DNA of 64,000 nt from Eledone cirrhosa (taxonomy: Eukaryota): assembly GCA_964016885.1 (NCBI GenBank), contig OZ024740.1, positions 146,196,001 to 146,260,000 of the forward strand. Reading direction: 5' to 3'. The notes below the pieces were generated by a model. It was given only the letters and a program-made list of their open reading frames with translations. It ran no database searches and was not told the origin of the DNA. Both the position numbers and the translations under genes were made by a program. The number at the start of each line of letters is the position of its first letter. Position 1 is the stretch's first letter. Shown here one piece after another: positions 11,302-23,513 of this stretch.

Positions 11302-12279
11302 GGTAAAATGCTATCAGTACACTTTGTAAAGTGATTGATATAAGGAAGGTCGTTTTCTAGCCGCAGAAACCATACCAAAAATGGAATGTATGAGTGAGAT
11401 GGGGTTTTCCAACATTCGGATCATTACAACCTATCCAACCCATGTCAACATGGAAAGCAGATGTAAAAATGTTGATGATGATGATAGTATTAGTGATGGG
11501 GAGCCAGAGTAATTAACAATATGTTTGTACAATAATGATTTAATGGAATGGTTGAGAATCAAAACATTGCCATCTTAGGTAAGAGACTTGGTAGAATGTT
11601 TCAAAATATCGAGGTTAGATCTACAAATTTGAGTCTCATAGAATTGAGACCCCTGAAAAGATGTTGGTACATTGAAGACCTAGTCTCTCCTTACCAGCAT
11701 TGTAAATAAACATTTGAAACAAGGATGATGCTTTGTATATTAACTAGTAGATTTGTGCAATGTAATCAGCCTACAACTGAGTCACAGCCAAATCCCTTGC
11801 AAAGCAAATTATATCTTTAAGATAAGTAATAAAATAGAATCTACTTCTGAATACATCAATATCATCACTGTTTAATATCTATTAGTTATGCTTGCATGGG
11901 TTAGGCAAGCTGTCAAGTTCTGGGGGCCAGCGGGGTCAGGTAACCACATCTTGCTGATACAGTTTTTGGCTTGGTTACTATGGCTGGGTGCCTCTGAAAG
12001 ATAAAAATACTTGATGATAGTTAGAATATTTTTTATCATAAGCCTGCTTGATTATGGATTATCTGGGACTAGGCAACAATTGTTTCAACATTACAAAGCA
12101 TTATATAATTGTTTTACTCCTTAGTTTCATGTTTAGAAATATTAATGATTTTTGATTTGGATTTTCGTAGCAAATCATTTGATTTAAGATTGTGTTGAAA
12201 CTGAAACAACTTCAGAATGGAAGTGTTAGTTAAGAACCCACAACTTCCTCTTTCATTTATCACTTTGAAAAATGTTCAT

Positions 12280-12553
12280 ACCGGTGCCATTCCAAAAAGT
12301 ACCCAGTCCACCCTGTAAGGTGATTGTACTGGTACCATTTCCAAAAGTACCCAGTCCACCCTGTAAGGTGGTTGTACTGGTGCCATGACAAAAAACACCC
12401 AATCCACTGTGTAGTGGTTGGTGTTATGAAGGGCATCCAACTGTAGAAAACCAAGCCAAAAACAGTATATGAGCAAGTCGTGGTCACCTGACCTGTCTGG
12501 CCTCATTAATATGATAGCCTGTCTAACCCATGCAAGCATAGAAACAGATGTTA
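12280..12553 (+). mobile_element. RTE-tail SINE/3'UTR fragment with ~40-50-bp internal repeats
   Basis: GTTGGTGTTATGAAGGGCATCCAACTGTAGAAA...AACCCATGCAAGCAT is shared with the RTE 3' UTR. Confidence 0.7.
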
Positions 12554-12556
12554 ATT

Positions 12557-13730
12557 AGTTTTTTTGTTTTTTTTTGTTTTTTTTAATAGAGGTATATTTA
12601 CAGTTGTAAAAATATTACAAATTGTTCACAATTCTTTCAGAATACAAATATAAACACATATAATACAACTAACTAGTGTTAGGAACCTCACAAATATGCC
12701 CTAAAATATATGATCAGTGAGAGAAAGAGAAAAAGGGTAGGGACAAAAACGACCATCAATTCACTACCAAGTGCAACAATTGGCAGCACATCACAAGGGT
12801 CAATGGAAATGTTTGAGGCAAGCCACTTGCCATGGGAAATAGCAAAGCTAAGGCACAGGAACAATCAAGAACCCTTGTGGACATCACCTGACACCTCAGT
12901 AAAGTGAGCCTCCAGTGATAAGAACTTTGCTGTCAGTGGCCTAACTCCACCAAACGTCTCAAATACTACAGGCTGGAAAAAATAATTGTTTGATAGTTCC
13001 CAGTATCTTATTCTATTCCATTCGGCATTGGAAACAGTGACCCTCACATTTACCACAGCATTCATAATGTGGGAGGGAGCAAAGGAGTCATTGACTGTGG
13101 CATCCCAGATGAGACACTTGCTGCATTACCCAGGAGCAAAGGGTAAGGCTGTCTGGTCTCTTCTTATCACTTCTGGATAATCCAGCTGGCTCCAGAACTG
13201 GGGGGGGGGGGGTTATTTACCCAAGCCAGGGCCCACTTAATGGTCAGGTTTAGTTCAGTGAGGTGGGCAAAGTGACCAACATTCATGGAGGCCTGTGGAG
13301 TTGAGAGGCCTTCCACTACGATATCTCAGATCCCCCACACATCAACTCCCACTTGGATTGTAGTGGAGTTGCTGAGCTAGTCCTGACTGAGAAGACCACC
13401 AATGTTGGCCAGAGGCAGGGCATCAATCCAGTCCTCTGAGAACTTTGTGCTTGCAGAAAGTGGCACCTAGAAAATTGAGCAGAATAATCAAAGAGTTAAA
13501 AGGTTTGCTTGAAGGCAGATTCTCCCATACTCTCTGCTTCTGTCTATCCTCGTCAGTATCGGGAACTGACAAACTCAGCTCTCTCTCTCCACATCAGTAA
13601 AGCTTCATCCATCTCCCTGGTGGAACTAATCCATGTTGAAAAGGAGGATGTCACCCACCAAAAAGGGAGCAGACGTGGATGGAGGAAAGAAAGCAAGGTA
13701 GACAAAGACGAGCATTTACATTGACCGAGA
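12557..13730 (-). mobile_element. CRE-like non-LTR retrotransposon 3' portion with restriction-like endonuclease remnant
   Basis: Minus strand reads RPDSLTL..KCLIWDATV...YFFQPVVFETFGG and SEDWIDALPLANIGG, with an A-rich tail at 12557-12585. Frameshifted. Confidence 0.7.
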
Positions 13731-13995
13731 CCTCCAAACCTTTTGTCTATGAAGTGCTACAAAATTTCGTTACACTTTTGCAATCTGGTCACTGATACAA
13801 TATCACTGTAGTTTGAAATATAATTTTCTTATAGTTCCCCCAGAATTATGTAATTTTAAATCTTTTTATAGGTTCATCTGTTATATTATCTATTATTAAA
13901 ATTTAACTATACTGACATAATTTCTGTCATTGTTTGTTGATTTTGGTAACTTGATTGTTTTCAAATGGAAATTACTAAGCAATACAACAAGCAGT

Positions 13996-14457
13996 TTAAC
14001 CCTTTAAGATTTAAACCAGCCATATCTGGCCAGAATTCTCTCGCCACTTTCTGTTGAAGCCAGCCATAACCGGCTGCTCATATTTATGTTAAGGTATTGT
14101 TCTCAAAATAAATACATAATATCAATCTTATAGCTTTGATATTATGTGAGACAATTATGAGAAATGGTGTTTACTGTGAAAATACAATAGTAAATATAGA
14201 GTAATTAAATGCTTTAGTGAAGGCGTGTGGCTGAATGGTTACAGAATTGGATTTGCAATCGTAAGGTTGTGAGTTCGATTCCTGGACCAGGCGATGCGTT
14301 GTGTCCTTGAGCAAGACACTTTATTTCACGTTGCTCCTTCTACCAGGAGTTGCGACTGATAGATAGTATTAGCAATTGGAAAGACCAACGGAAACATTGT
14401 TCCCTCGGTCTGATTTGACGAAAGTCGATCGTTCTTTTCTAAATGCTAAAGGGTTAA
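13996..14457 (+). mobile_element. piggyBac-type TTAA MITE interrupted by a SINE
   Basis: TTAA-CCCTTTAAGATTTAAACC ... TAAATGCTAAAGGG-TTAA. Confidence 0.8.
14214..14439 (+). mobile_element. tRNA-derived SINE with TAAATGCT target-site duplication
   Basis: A box TGGCTGAATGG, B box GTTCGATTCC, CORE-like GTGTCCTTGAGCAAGACACTT. TSD at 14206-14213 and 14440-14447. Confidence 0.8.
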
Positions 14458-14481
14458 AGGCCATTTTATGTGCAGGCCTCA

Positions 14482-14540
14482 TGGCTTCATACTCATCATT
14501 GGCTTCATACTCATCATTGGCTTCATACTCATCATTGGCT
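14482..14540. repeat. 18-bp tandem repeat x3 (GGCTTCATACTCATCATT)
   Basis: Read directly. Confidence 0.9.
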
Positions 14541-15017
14541 CCTCCTTCAAACATTCTTTTACAGCCAGATACCATTTTTGGCATCAATCTTTTTTAGTCA
14601 TCTCTTACGACATACAGTTGGCGTACTTATTTTAAACTGGATACTTACTAAACAATATAGCAACCAATATTAAACAAGATGGCCGCCGAAAGCTATTTAT
14701 TTTTTTTTATCTCTTAACCTTTTAGTCTACTGCTCTATTATTCCATGTGATAAAGTAGTTTTATTGGTACCATTCTACATTAATTCTATAGACTTTTAAA
14801 TATTACTGAATGTTAAATTTCATTCAAATTCTATAAGACTTAATTGTTCCTTCTATATAAGTTTCAGTATTCAAGAATTAGATGTTTAGCTGTATTCCAA
14901 GTCAGGTTTATTTCATGTGTTGTATTGCATTTAATAGAATAATGTGCATTGTTAATGATTTTTAAAAAATATCAATAAGCATTCCATTATATTTTATCCT
15001 AACATAAGTTTGTGCTG

Positions 15018-15298
15018 TGGAGGCACGTGACCTCGTGGTAAGGGTGTTGGACTTACGATCAAAATGTCGTGAGTTCAATTCCTGAGCTAAGTTGCATGTT
15101 GTGTTCTTGAGCAAATTCATTTCACATTGCTCCAGTATACTCAGTTGTAAATGAGTACCAATAATAGCTGGGGGGGCTCAACTCTGCGATGGACTGGCAT
15201 CCTGTCCAGGGGGAAGTCTTGTACTCGCAGTCGCTTTACACCATGAAACTGGGATAAGCACCAGCCTAATGAGCCTTTTGGCTTAAGACTGACTTTAG
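15018..15298 (+). mobile_element. Full-length tRNA-derived SINE with 14-bp TSD
   Basis: tRNA head, CORE-like segment and a GCGATGGACTGGCATCCTGTCCAGG segment. TSD ATAAGTTTGTGCTG at 15004-15017 and 15299-15312. Confidence 0.85.
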
Positions 15299-15549
15299 AT
15301 AAGTTTGTGCTGGTAAAGGAGTGCAGCCTAGTGGATAAGGTGTGGAATTCATAACCATAAGGTTATAGGTTCAATTCTTGGGTCAGATGTGTTCTTGAGT
15401 AAGATGCTACATTACCTGTTGCTTTTCATGATGGGATTGGGGGTGTATATTAGAACACCAAAGAAACCTATGGCAATGCAACCTTATAAGGCCCAGCTAA
15501 AGCTGCATAAGAGGGAGCTGTAGTGGACTTGCTTGCGTGCGCGCACGCA

Positions 15550-15786
15550 CGCTCACTCACTCTTTCACTCACTCTTTCACTCGCTCTTTCACTCACTCTC
15601 TCACTCACTCTTTCACTCTCACTCACTCTTTCACTCTCTTTCACTCTCTTTCACTCTTTCACTCTCTTTCACTCTTTCACTCTCTTTCACTCTTTCACTC
15701 TCTTTCACTCTTTCACTCTCTTTCACTTTTTCACTCTCTCTCACTCTCTTTCACTCTCGCTCTCTCTTTCACTCTCTCTCTCTCTC
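15550..15786. repeat. CT/CACT-rich compound microsatellite
   Basis: Read directly. Confidence 0.9.
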
Positions 15787-17071
15787 CACATTTTTATTGT
15801 TGCTTTTTTTTCTTTTTTTTAAATGGTTACATTTTAATATTTTAATCTTTATTGAAATTACTTGTTTGAATTGTGAATATGAAAGTATACTATAAAACAT
15901 AAATTTGTGTAGGAATATAAAATCTTTTACCCCCTTCGTTTCTATATTTCTAATGAAACACTATTTGAAGGAATGAATAAAGTATCTGGAGTGTTTTACC
16001 TAAATTATTTCGGTATTACGATGATATTTAAAATAATTTAACAAAAGGTTCCTATATCAAATTATGATGGTGATTTTAATTTAAATAGGAATTTTTTTTA
16101 AATTGGTTGTTTTTCTTTTATACAACAAGAAACAGATATTTGGTGGGGTGTACTAAAAGGATTAATATAGTTGTTTAGCCTTGGTCAGCTTTGATCAGAC
16201 AGGTCTCTAATCAAAGGCAGCCTAGATCAGTGGACTCAAACAAGCCATTACATTTTCACCAGTTAAAATGCTTATCTGCAATACAACTAATAGGCTACTA
16301 TTTATTTATTTTTCATCAATATTAATACGCTTATGATAGTAAGTGGGATATGTGAATTAGTACAAAATGTAGGGGACAATTTTTCTGTTTCAAATTTTCC
16401 TTATTCACAAATTGTTCTTCTGCAGGCCACATGTTTGAAACTCTTGGACAAGACCATCCTATCTTTTTATACATCCAAGACTACGTTCATTGTCTTTAAT
16501 TATTTTAGACTGTAAGGTGGGATTTGAAGGAGATTTGGCTACTATTCATAGCAGGGGTGGCAGATAAATTTCATACAAAGTATTACAAAACTTCTTAAGT
16601 AGATTTTGTTACTTAGTTGATAATTTAATGATAATCACCCTGTAAAGTGGTAGTGCCAGTGTCACTATAAAATACATCTAGTATACTTGGTAAAGTAGTT
16701 GGTGATAGGAAGGACATCCGTCATAGAAAACTTGTCAAAGGATCCAAATACTCAGACATGACTACCACTCTAGTATTGGTGCTGTAATAAAATGCATCCA
16801 GTACACACTATAAATTGGTTGATGTTAAGAGTAAAATGGGAAATCCAACCCGTTTAGGAGGATAGTAACTCTGAAGTACTGACATGGTCCACAATGACTT
16901 GTCCAACCCATGCCAACATAGCAAACAGATGTAAAATTGTGGGGTTTGATTCCTCGTAGCACCTGATGGAAACTTCTTTTCCTACCTTTAAGGGTCTTCA
17001 CCCTATTTTATAAGCCACTTTATAGCATCTCCACGCATGAACGCATCACACTTTATACTAATATATATATA

Positions 17072-18587
17072 CTAGCAGAGGTACCCGGCGTTGCTCGGAT
17101 ATTGAATAGCAGTTGTGTATACCATTTATGTCAATACTTCAGTGCTGCTTCGAAAACTATACTTTTACAAAATCGGCTTTTTCCAAAAGGGCATTCCTGC
17201 CCCCAGGGGTCTCCTACCCAATATGTGCCAATTCTGAGAGTTCACATTCATCTGTAGGACAAACGTAGCCCATGTGTCAAGTTTGTGAAAATCGGTTGCG
17301 GACTCCAGAAGTTATGACGTTTTGTTGCATTGCACTGCAGTGCAGTGCTTCAGTCGAATCCAAGTAAGTGGTTAAAATGGTCATCTGTCGGGAGGCCCTA
17401 TAATCAATATCTGGAAAAATAACAGTGCCCATGACCATCCGGAGTACATAAGTAACCGATGTCTTAAGTTTGGTGAAAATACTGTAGAAATGCATAAGGT
17501 TTACACACACACGCGCGCGTTTGTGTGTGTGTCCCCGTCGGGGCATACGTATGTACTGGCCTAAATCTTCACTATTTACTTTTACTATTTTAATAGCCTC
17601 TGTCATTTTCGTTTTCAATTTTATTTACATCATCCGGAGCTGGAAATCATTCTTTTATTTTAAATAGAATATTAGTATAACGACTCCATTTATACCATAA
17701 ACTTGGTCTTGTCTTTGCATGAAATTGTTCTTCACGCTCCACATAACGACGTATTATCCTCGCTTTTTTTCCCGTTCATTGCCAGGGAACGTCTTCACGA
17801 ACCAAAATATCGTCTTCCTATTTTCGTTCAGTTTCTTGAAATATTTACTTCTGCGTTCAGATTACTCTCAGTTCAATTTGAATGGGAAATTCCTGTTTCA
17901 TCGATTTTTCTCCGTAACCATGGAAGCTTGTAGCTTGGAAGTCGACCCAACGCCTCCTCGGATCATTCTGCATAACTGTGTAAATTTTCGCTGCAATCCA
18001 CCAAGCTGTTTTAACGTTTATCCGACTACACCTACATATACAACGTCCGACCACTTCCAATTTATATAGTAGATTTGTTTATATATGAATGACAAAAAGA
18101 AAAGTACAAAACTATACATGAATTGTTTCTACTAAACATTCAATTTAAGACACAACCTACATATTTGATAGGACTCCAGCTCACATCTTTTTCTTCTTTT
18201 GTTCCCCCTGGAGCATTGGGCTGCGAGCCACCCCTACACAACGCCATGTTCTGAGTCTGCTTTCATCTCCACCGAGATGCACGGTGCGTCATGGTGTATC
18301 TAACCATTGTTTTAGGTCTTACTACGGGATTTTACTGCTTTATTTGTATGAAATTGTAAATAAGACAAAAGTATTAGAACAGGGGGAAATAACTCGCCGA
18401 ACGCGATAGTTTTGGGGCCCCAGGGACCACATTTTTTAAGTTAGAAATCTGAAACGTCGTCTATTTGCTTCCTTGGCACTTTTTACATAGGTGTGTAAAT
18501 TTTCACGTCAGTCCAACTACGTCTGCTACCATTTAAGCGTGCACATCTGAATTTCAACCACCACCCATTTCACAAATATATATTAGA
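17072..18587 (-). mobile_element. Non-autonomous Helitron
   Basis: On the minus strand: 5' TC (TCTAATATATA) at 18587 and a 3' GC-rich hairpin (CCGAGCAACGCCGGG) followed by CTAG at 17075-17072. Inserted between A and T with no TSD. Internal AAGTTTGTGAAAATCGG-type motifs. Confidence 0.75.
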
Positions 18588-18934
18588 TATATCTACGCGC
18601 GCGCAGCACACGGCAATCTGTCTCCCTTTTTTTGAAGAATGGTCTAACCCATGCTAGTGTAGAAAAAGGATGTAAAATGGTGATGTCTCTCTCTCTGTAT
18701 AACTAAAAAGATAATTACATTTTCACTGATTATATGTAATCATAAGATTGAAAGATTACTTGTTTATTTTGGGAAACTGACAAAATTATATATTAAATAG
18801 AAAAACAAAGTTGTGTACTATTCACTTACATGATTTCTTTATTTATATAATGAAAGCAACTTGTTAGACTTTAATTGCTCAGTTAAGGCAGTGTTGATGT
18901 GGATTACAATGAGTTATTTACCAATTGAAATAAT

Positions 18935-19140
18935 GGTTTCTCATTTAGGCACAAGGCCAACAGTTTTGGGGTAAAGGAAAAGTCGATTAAATCAACCCCA
19001 GTGCGTTACTGGTACTTTATTTTATTGACCCCAGTAAGGATGAAAGGCAAAGTTAATCTCGGTGAGATTTTAACTCAGAATGTAAAGGGCCGTAACTCTG
19101 TTCTGTTAAGCAAGGTGTCCGACGCTCTACTGATTCTGCC
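18935..19140 (-). mobile_element. Nin/Deu-like SINE
   Basis: Homologous to 57628-57799 in reverse orientation. Confidence 0.75.
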
Positions 19141-19217
19141 CAAATAATATATGTATTAGAACCTTTATAAAATTTCTTAGTGGCTCCTTCTAATCCATTG
19201 TTATACTTCTCTTGCAG

Positions 19218-19292
19218 TTCTTGGTATTCCTGGTCTTAATATTCCTGCTTGAAGTTGCTGGTGTAGCTTATTGCTGTGTCAAAAGAGAGGAG
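19218..19292 (+). CDS. Tetraspanin coding exon (TM3): FLVFLVLIFLLEVAGVAYCCVKREE
   Basis: cttgcag acceptor and gtaagg donor. 75 nt, phase 0. Contains the conserved TM3 Glu. Confidence 0.92.
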
Positions 19293-19331
19293 GTAAGGTT
19301 CCCTCTATTTTGTTGTTGTCTCTCTCTCTTT

Positions 19332-21030
19332 ATCCATGTCTCTCGTTCTGTCCATGTCTCTCGTTCTGTCCATGTCTCTCGTTCTGTCCATGTCTCTCTC
19401 TCTTTGTCCATGTTTCTCTCTCTTTGTCCATGTCTCTCGTTCTGTCCGTGTCTCTCGTTCTGTCCATGTCTCTCGTTCTGTCCATGTCTCTCGTTCTGTC
19501 CATGTCTCTCTTTGTCCATGTCTCTCGTTCTGTCCATGTCTCTCGTTCTGTCCATGTCTCTCTTTGTCCATGTCTCTCGTTCTGACCATGTCTCTCGTTC
19601 TGTCCATGTCTCTCGTTCTGTCCATGTCTCTCGTTCTGTCCATGTCTCTCGTTCTGTCCATGTCTCTCGTTCTGTCCATGTCTCTCGTTCTGTCCATGTC
19701 TCTCGTTCTGTCCATGTTTCTCGTTCTGACCATGTCTCTAGTTCTGTCCATGTCTCTAGTTCTGTCTATGTCTCTAGTTCTGTCCATGTCTGTAGTTCTG
19801 TCCATGTCTCTAGTTCTGTCCATGTCTCTAGTTCTGACCATGTCTCTAGTTCTGACCATGTCTCTAGTTCTGTCCATGTCTCTAGTTCTGTCCATGTCTC
19901 TAGTTCTGTCCATGTCTCTAGTTCTGTCCATGTCTCTAGTTCTGTCCATGTCTCTAGTTCTGTCCATGTCTCTAGTTCTGTCCATGTCTCTCGTTCTGTC
20001 CATGTCTCTCGTTCTGTCCATGTCTCTCGTTCTGTCCATGTCTCTCTTTGTCCATGTCTCTCGTTCTGACCATGTCTCTCGTACTGTCCATGTCTCTCGT
20101 TCTGTCCATGTCTCTCGTTCTGTCCATGTCCTCTCGTTCTGTCCATGTCTCTCGTTCTGTCCATGTCTCTCGTTCTGTCCATGTCTCTCGTTCTGTCCAT
20201 GGTCTCTCGTTCTGTCCATGTCTCTCGTTCTGTCCATATCTCTCGTTCTGTCCATATCTCTCGTTCTGTCCATGTCTCTCGTTCTGTCCATGTCTCTCTT
20301 TGTCCATGTCTCTCGTTCTGACCATGTCCTCTCGTTCTGTCCATGTCTCTCTTTGTCCATGTCTCTCGTTCTGTCCATGTCTCTCGTTCTGTCCATGTCT
20401 CTCGTTCTGTCCATGTCTCTCGTTCTGTCCATGTCTCTCGTTCTGTCCATATCTCTCGTTCTGTCCATATCTCTCGTTCTGTCCATGTCTCTCGTTCTGT
20501 CCATGTCTCTCGTTCTGTCCATGTCTCTCGTTCTGTCCATGTCTCTCGTTCTGTCCATGTCTCTCGTTCTGTCCATATCTCTCGTTCTGTCCATATCTCT
20601 CTCTCTCGTTCTGTCCATATCTCTCTCTCTCGTTCTGTCCATATCTCTCTCTCTCGTTCTGTNNNNNNNNNNNNNNNNNNNNNNNNNNNNNNNNNNNNNN
20701 NNNNNNNNNNNNNNNNNNNNNNNNNNNNNNNNNNNNNNNNNNNNNNNNNNNNNNNNNNNNNNNNNNNNNNNNNNNNNNNNNNNNNNNNNNNNNNNNNNNN
20801 NNNNNNNNNNNNNNNNNNNNNNNNNNNNNNNNNNNNNNNNNNNNNNNNNNNNNNNNNNNNNNCGTTCTGTCCATATCTCTCTCTCTCGTTCTGTCCATAT
20901 CTCTCTCTCTCGTTCTGTCCATATCTCTCTCTCTCGTTCTGTCCATATCTCTCTCTCTCGTTCTGTCCATATCTCTCGCTCTCGTTCTGTCCATATCTCT
21001 CGCTCTCGTTCTGTCCATATCTCTCGCTCT
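19332..21030. repeat. 18-bp minisatellite (TGTCCATGTCTCTCGTTC) with variant blocks and 24-bp derivatives
   Basis: Read directly. Spans the assembly gap. Confidence 0.95.
20663..20862. other. Assembly gap (200 N)
   Basis: Run of n. Confidence 1.
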
Positions 21031-21132
21031 CATTCTCGCTCTCTCTCTTTCTTTCTCTCTCTCTTTCTTTCTCTCTCTCTTTCTTTCTCTCTCTCTTTAT
21101 TTCTCTCTCTCTCTCTTTCTCTTTCTCTCTCT

Positions 21133-21217
<85 letters not shown>

Positions 21218-21290
21218 TTCTCTCTCTCTCTCTCTCTTTCTCTCTTTCTCTCTTTCTCTCTTTCTCTCTTTCTCTCTCTCTCTTTCTCTC
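21031..21290. repeat. (CT)n microsatellite
   Basis: Read directly. Confidence 0.95.
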
Positions 21291-21735
21291 CAAAAGTGTA
21301 CCCACACACCCTTTTTTTTTATCTATAACTAAGATATTGTCAAGTTTCACCTTGAACTTAAAAAAATACTTCGGCTTTCATTTCACAGTTCCTATCAAGA
21401 CAAACATCATGGCAAGACTGTAAAATAGGTTGCCTTACACCATCACCACTATTAACCTATTTCTTGTCTTTATTGTTGTTGTTCCACCCCAACCCTCTGT
21501 CATCCTTACCAGTGATAATTTTTTCCTGTGTGAATTCAAAATGCAATATAATATTCTGTATCCTCATAGACAAGCTTTTGTTTTTGTAAGTGGCTTTTTT
21601 TTCTTATCTGAAGACCTTTGCTTTTATTTTGGGGAAGGACTTTTTCTCTTTCAAGAACATTTAAAAAAATCCCTGTAGCAAGAGACAATTCTGCTATAAT
21701 TGTCCATTATTATAGTTCAACACTGTAGAACTACA

Positions 21736-22110
21736 CAGATGCTATCAACCCAACCCTCCATGTCATCCTTAGCACTAGGAATAGTGGAGGTAAACATGGT
21801 AATCCTGAAAAGGAACAGACAGACGCTATCAAACCAACATTTTCCTATTGAGAAATAATGAAGGTAAACATGGTATTCCAGAAAAGGAACATGCAGACAC
21901 TCTCAACCCAGTAGCTTCTTCCTATCGAGAAATAGTGAAGGTAAACATGGTATTCCAGAAAAGGAACAGGCAGACACTATCAACCCAGTAGCTTCTTCCT
22001 ATCGAGAAATAGTGGAAGTAAACATGGTAAACCTGAAGAGGACAGTAAGAAAAGAACAGGCAGATACTATCAACCCTATATCTTCCCATTAAGAGATAGT
22101 GTAGGAGAAA
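21736..22110. repeat. Degenerate ~77-bp tandem repeat, ~5 copies
   Basis: Recurring CAGACACTATCAACCC...GAAATAGTGAAGGTAAACATGGTATTCCAGAAAAGGAAC. Confidence 0.85.
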
Positions 22111-23513
22111 AACGGTAATGTAATTCAAGAATCCTTCAGGCATTCTATGATGGAGAAAAAAATACCAGTCAGCAGCAATTAGTGCATCCTAATACAAACG
22201 CCTCTGTATGAAATACAAATCATTTGTATGTTGACGTAAGTTGGACTGGACTTTTTGAGACAATGTTTTACAACAGGATGCCTTTCCTGACACCAACATT
22301 TTCTGTTGCTTAAGACACACAGGGATACAGTGTACCTTTTCTAAACAGGATACACTCTGTGAATGTGTGGACACACACACTCTTTGCATTGATTTTTGTT
22401 GTTGTTGTTTTTTTTTCTCTATGCTGGTATGGGTTAGGATTTTTTGAGATGATGTTTTACTGTCGGATAGTTGTTCCTAACACCAACCCTTTTAGTTGAT
22501 TCTTATGGCAGCTAGGATGTGGTGTATTTAAACGAGATACACATGGAGGATATTTACTGGAGTATCGGTGAGGTATCCCTGTCTCATGATATCTCGTATA
22601 TGGAAGTGGGGGAAACTGCAGAAAGACATTTGTCTCCAGGTTGTTACATCTTTCTCATGCCCATTGTTTTGTTTTTTTATTTTACTTTTCCCTGCTACCA
22701 TATGATCTAGAATAGAGGCATACAAGGATACATATAAAGTTAACCTCGGCGGGGTATAATAAACATACATAAGTCTGGGCTGTGGGTATTTTAAGTGATC
22801 ATATCAGAACTACCTCAGTAACTGTATGAGAATGCCAAACCAACAGTGAAACCAACATTTTATGATGCATAAACATATTGCATATGCTTCCATATATGTC
22901 TATATTATATATTTGTGAGTGTGTGTATGATATATGTATACGTGTGCATGTGTAAATGTTTGTTTCTTAGTATGTGGTGGTTGTGTGTGTGTGTGTAGTT
23001 TGGTTGAATTATTAGAGATGCCTTGCCATATCTGTTCTGGTTCTTTGCTTTCTGAGTTCAACTTCTGTACCTTACTGGAGTCATATCAATAATTAGGTTA
23101 TTGCGTGGTGCTGGCATCAAGTCCTGTATAAATATATCACTGTCTATAGAACTCCAATGAACTCACAAAAATAATATAGTGTGTCTTCATGGGAGTCCTT
23201 TACATCTAGGAGTGGCAGAATTGTTTTTTTTTCTGTGATGGTGTATGAGGTTTATACATTGTCTAAACCTTCTGTTTACAGACTCCTTCCAAATTGAGGA
23301 ATTAATTGCCTCTGAAACAAGTTTGTTTCCTGTATCATTGAGTGTTAAGGCTAACTCAGATAAATTGACTTGTGTTGCTAATCAGGCAAATATGACCTAG
23401 ATAAATTCCAATGTATGTCTGTGTGCAGATGTGTATATGTTGTGCGCGCACGCATATGGTGTTTGTGTATGCATGTGCATATGGTGTGTGTGTGTGCGCG
23501 TATGGTATGTGTG

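Noticed and set aside
19268-21423. Long ORFs (up to 695 aa) in several frames
   Set aside because: Artefacts of a stop-free 18-bp minisatellite, (CT)n and an N gap.
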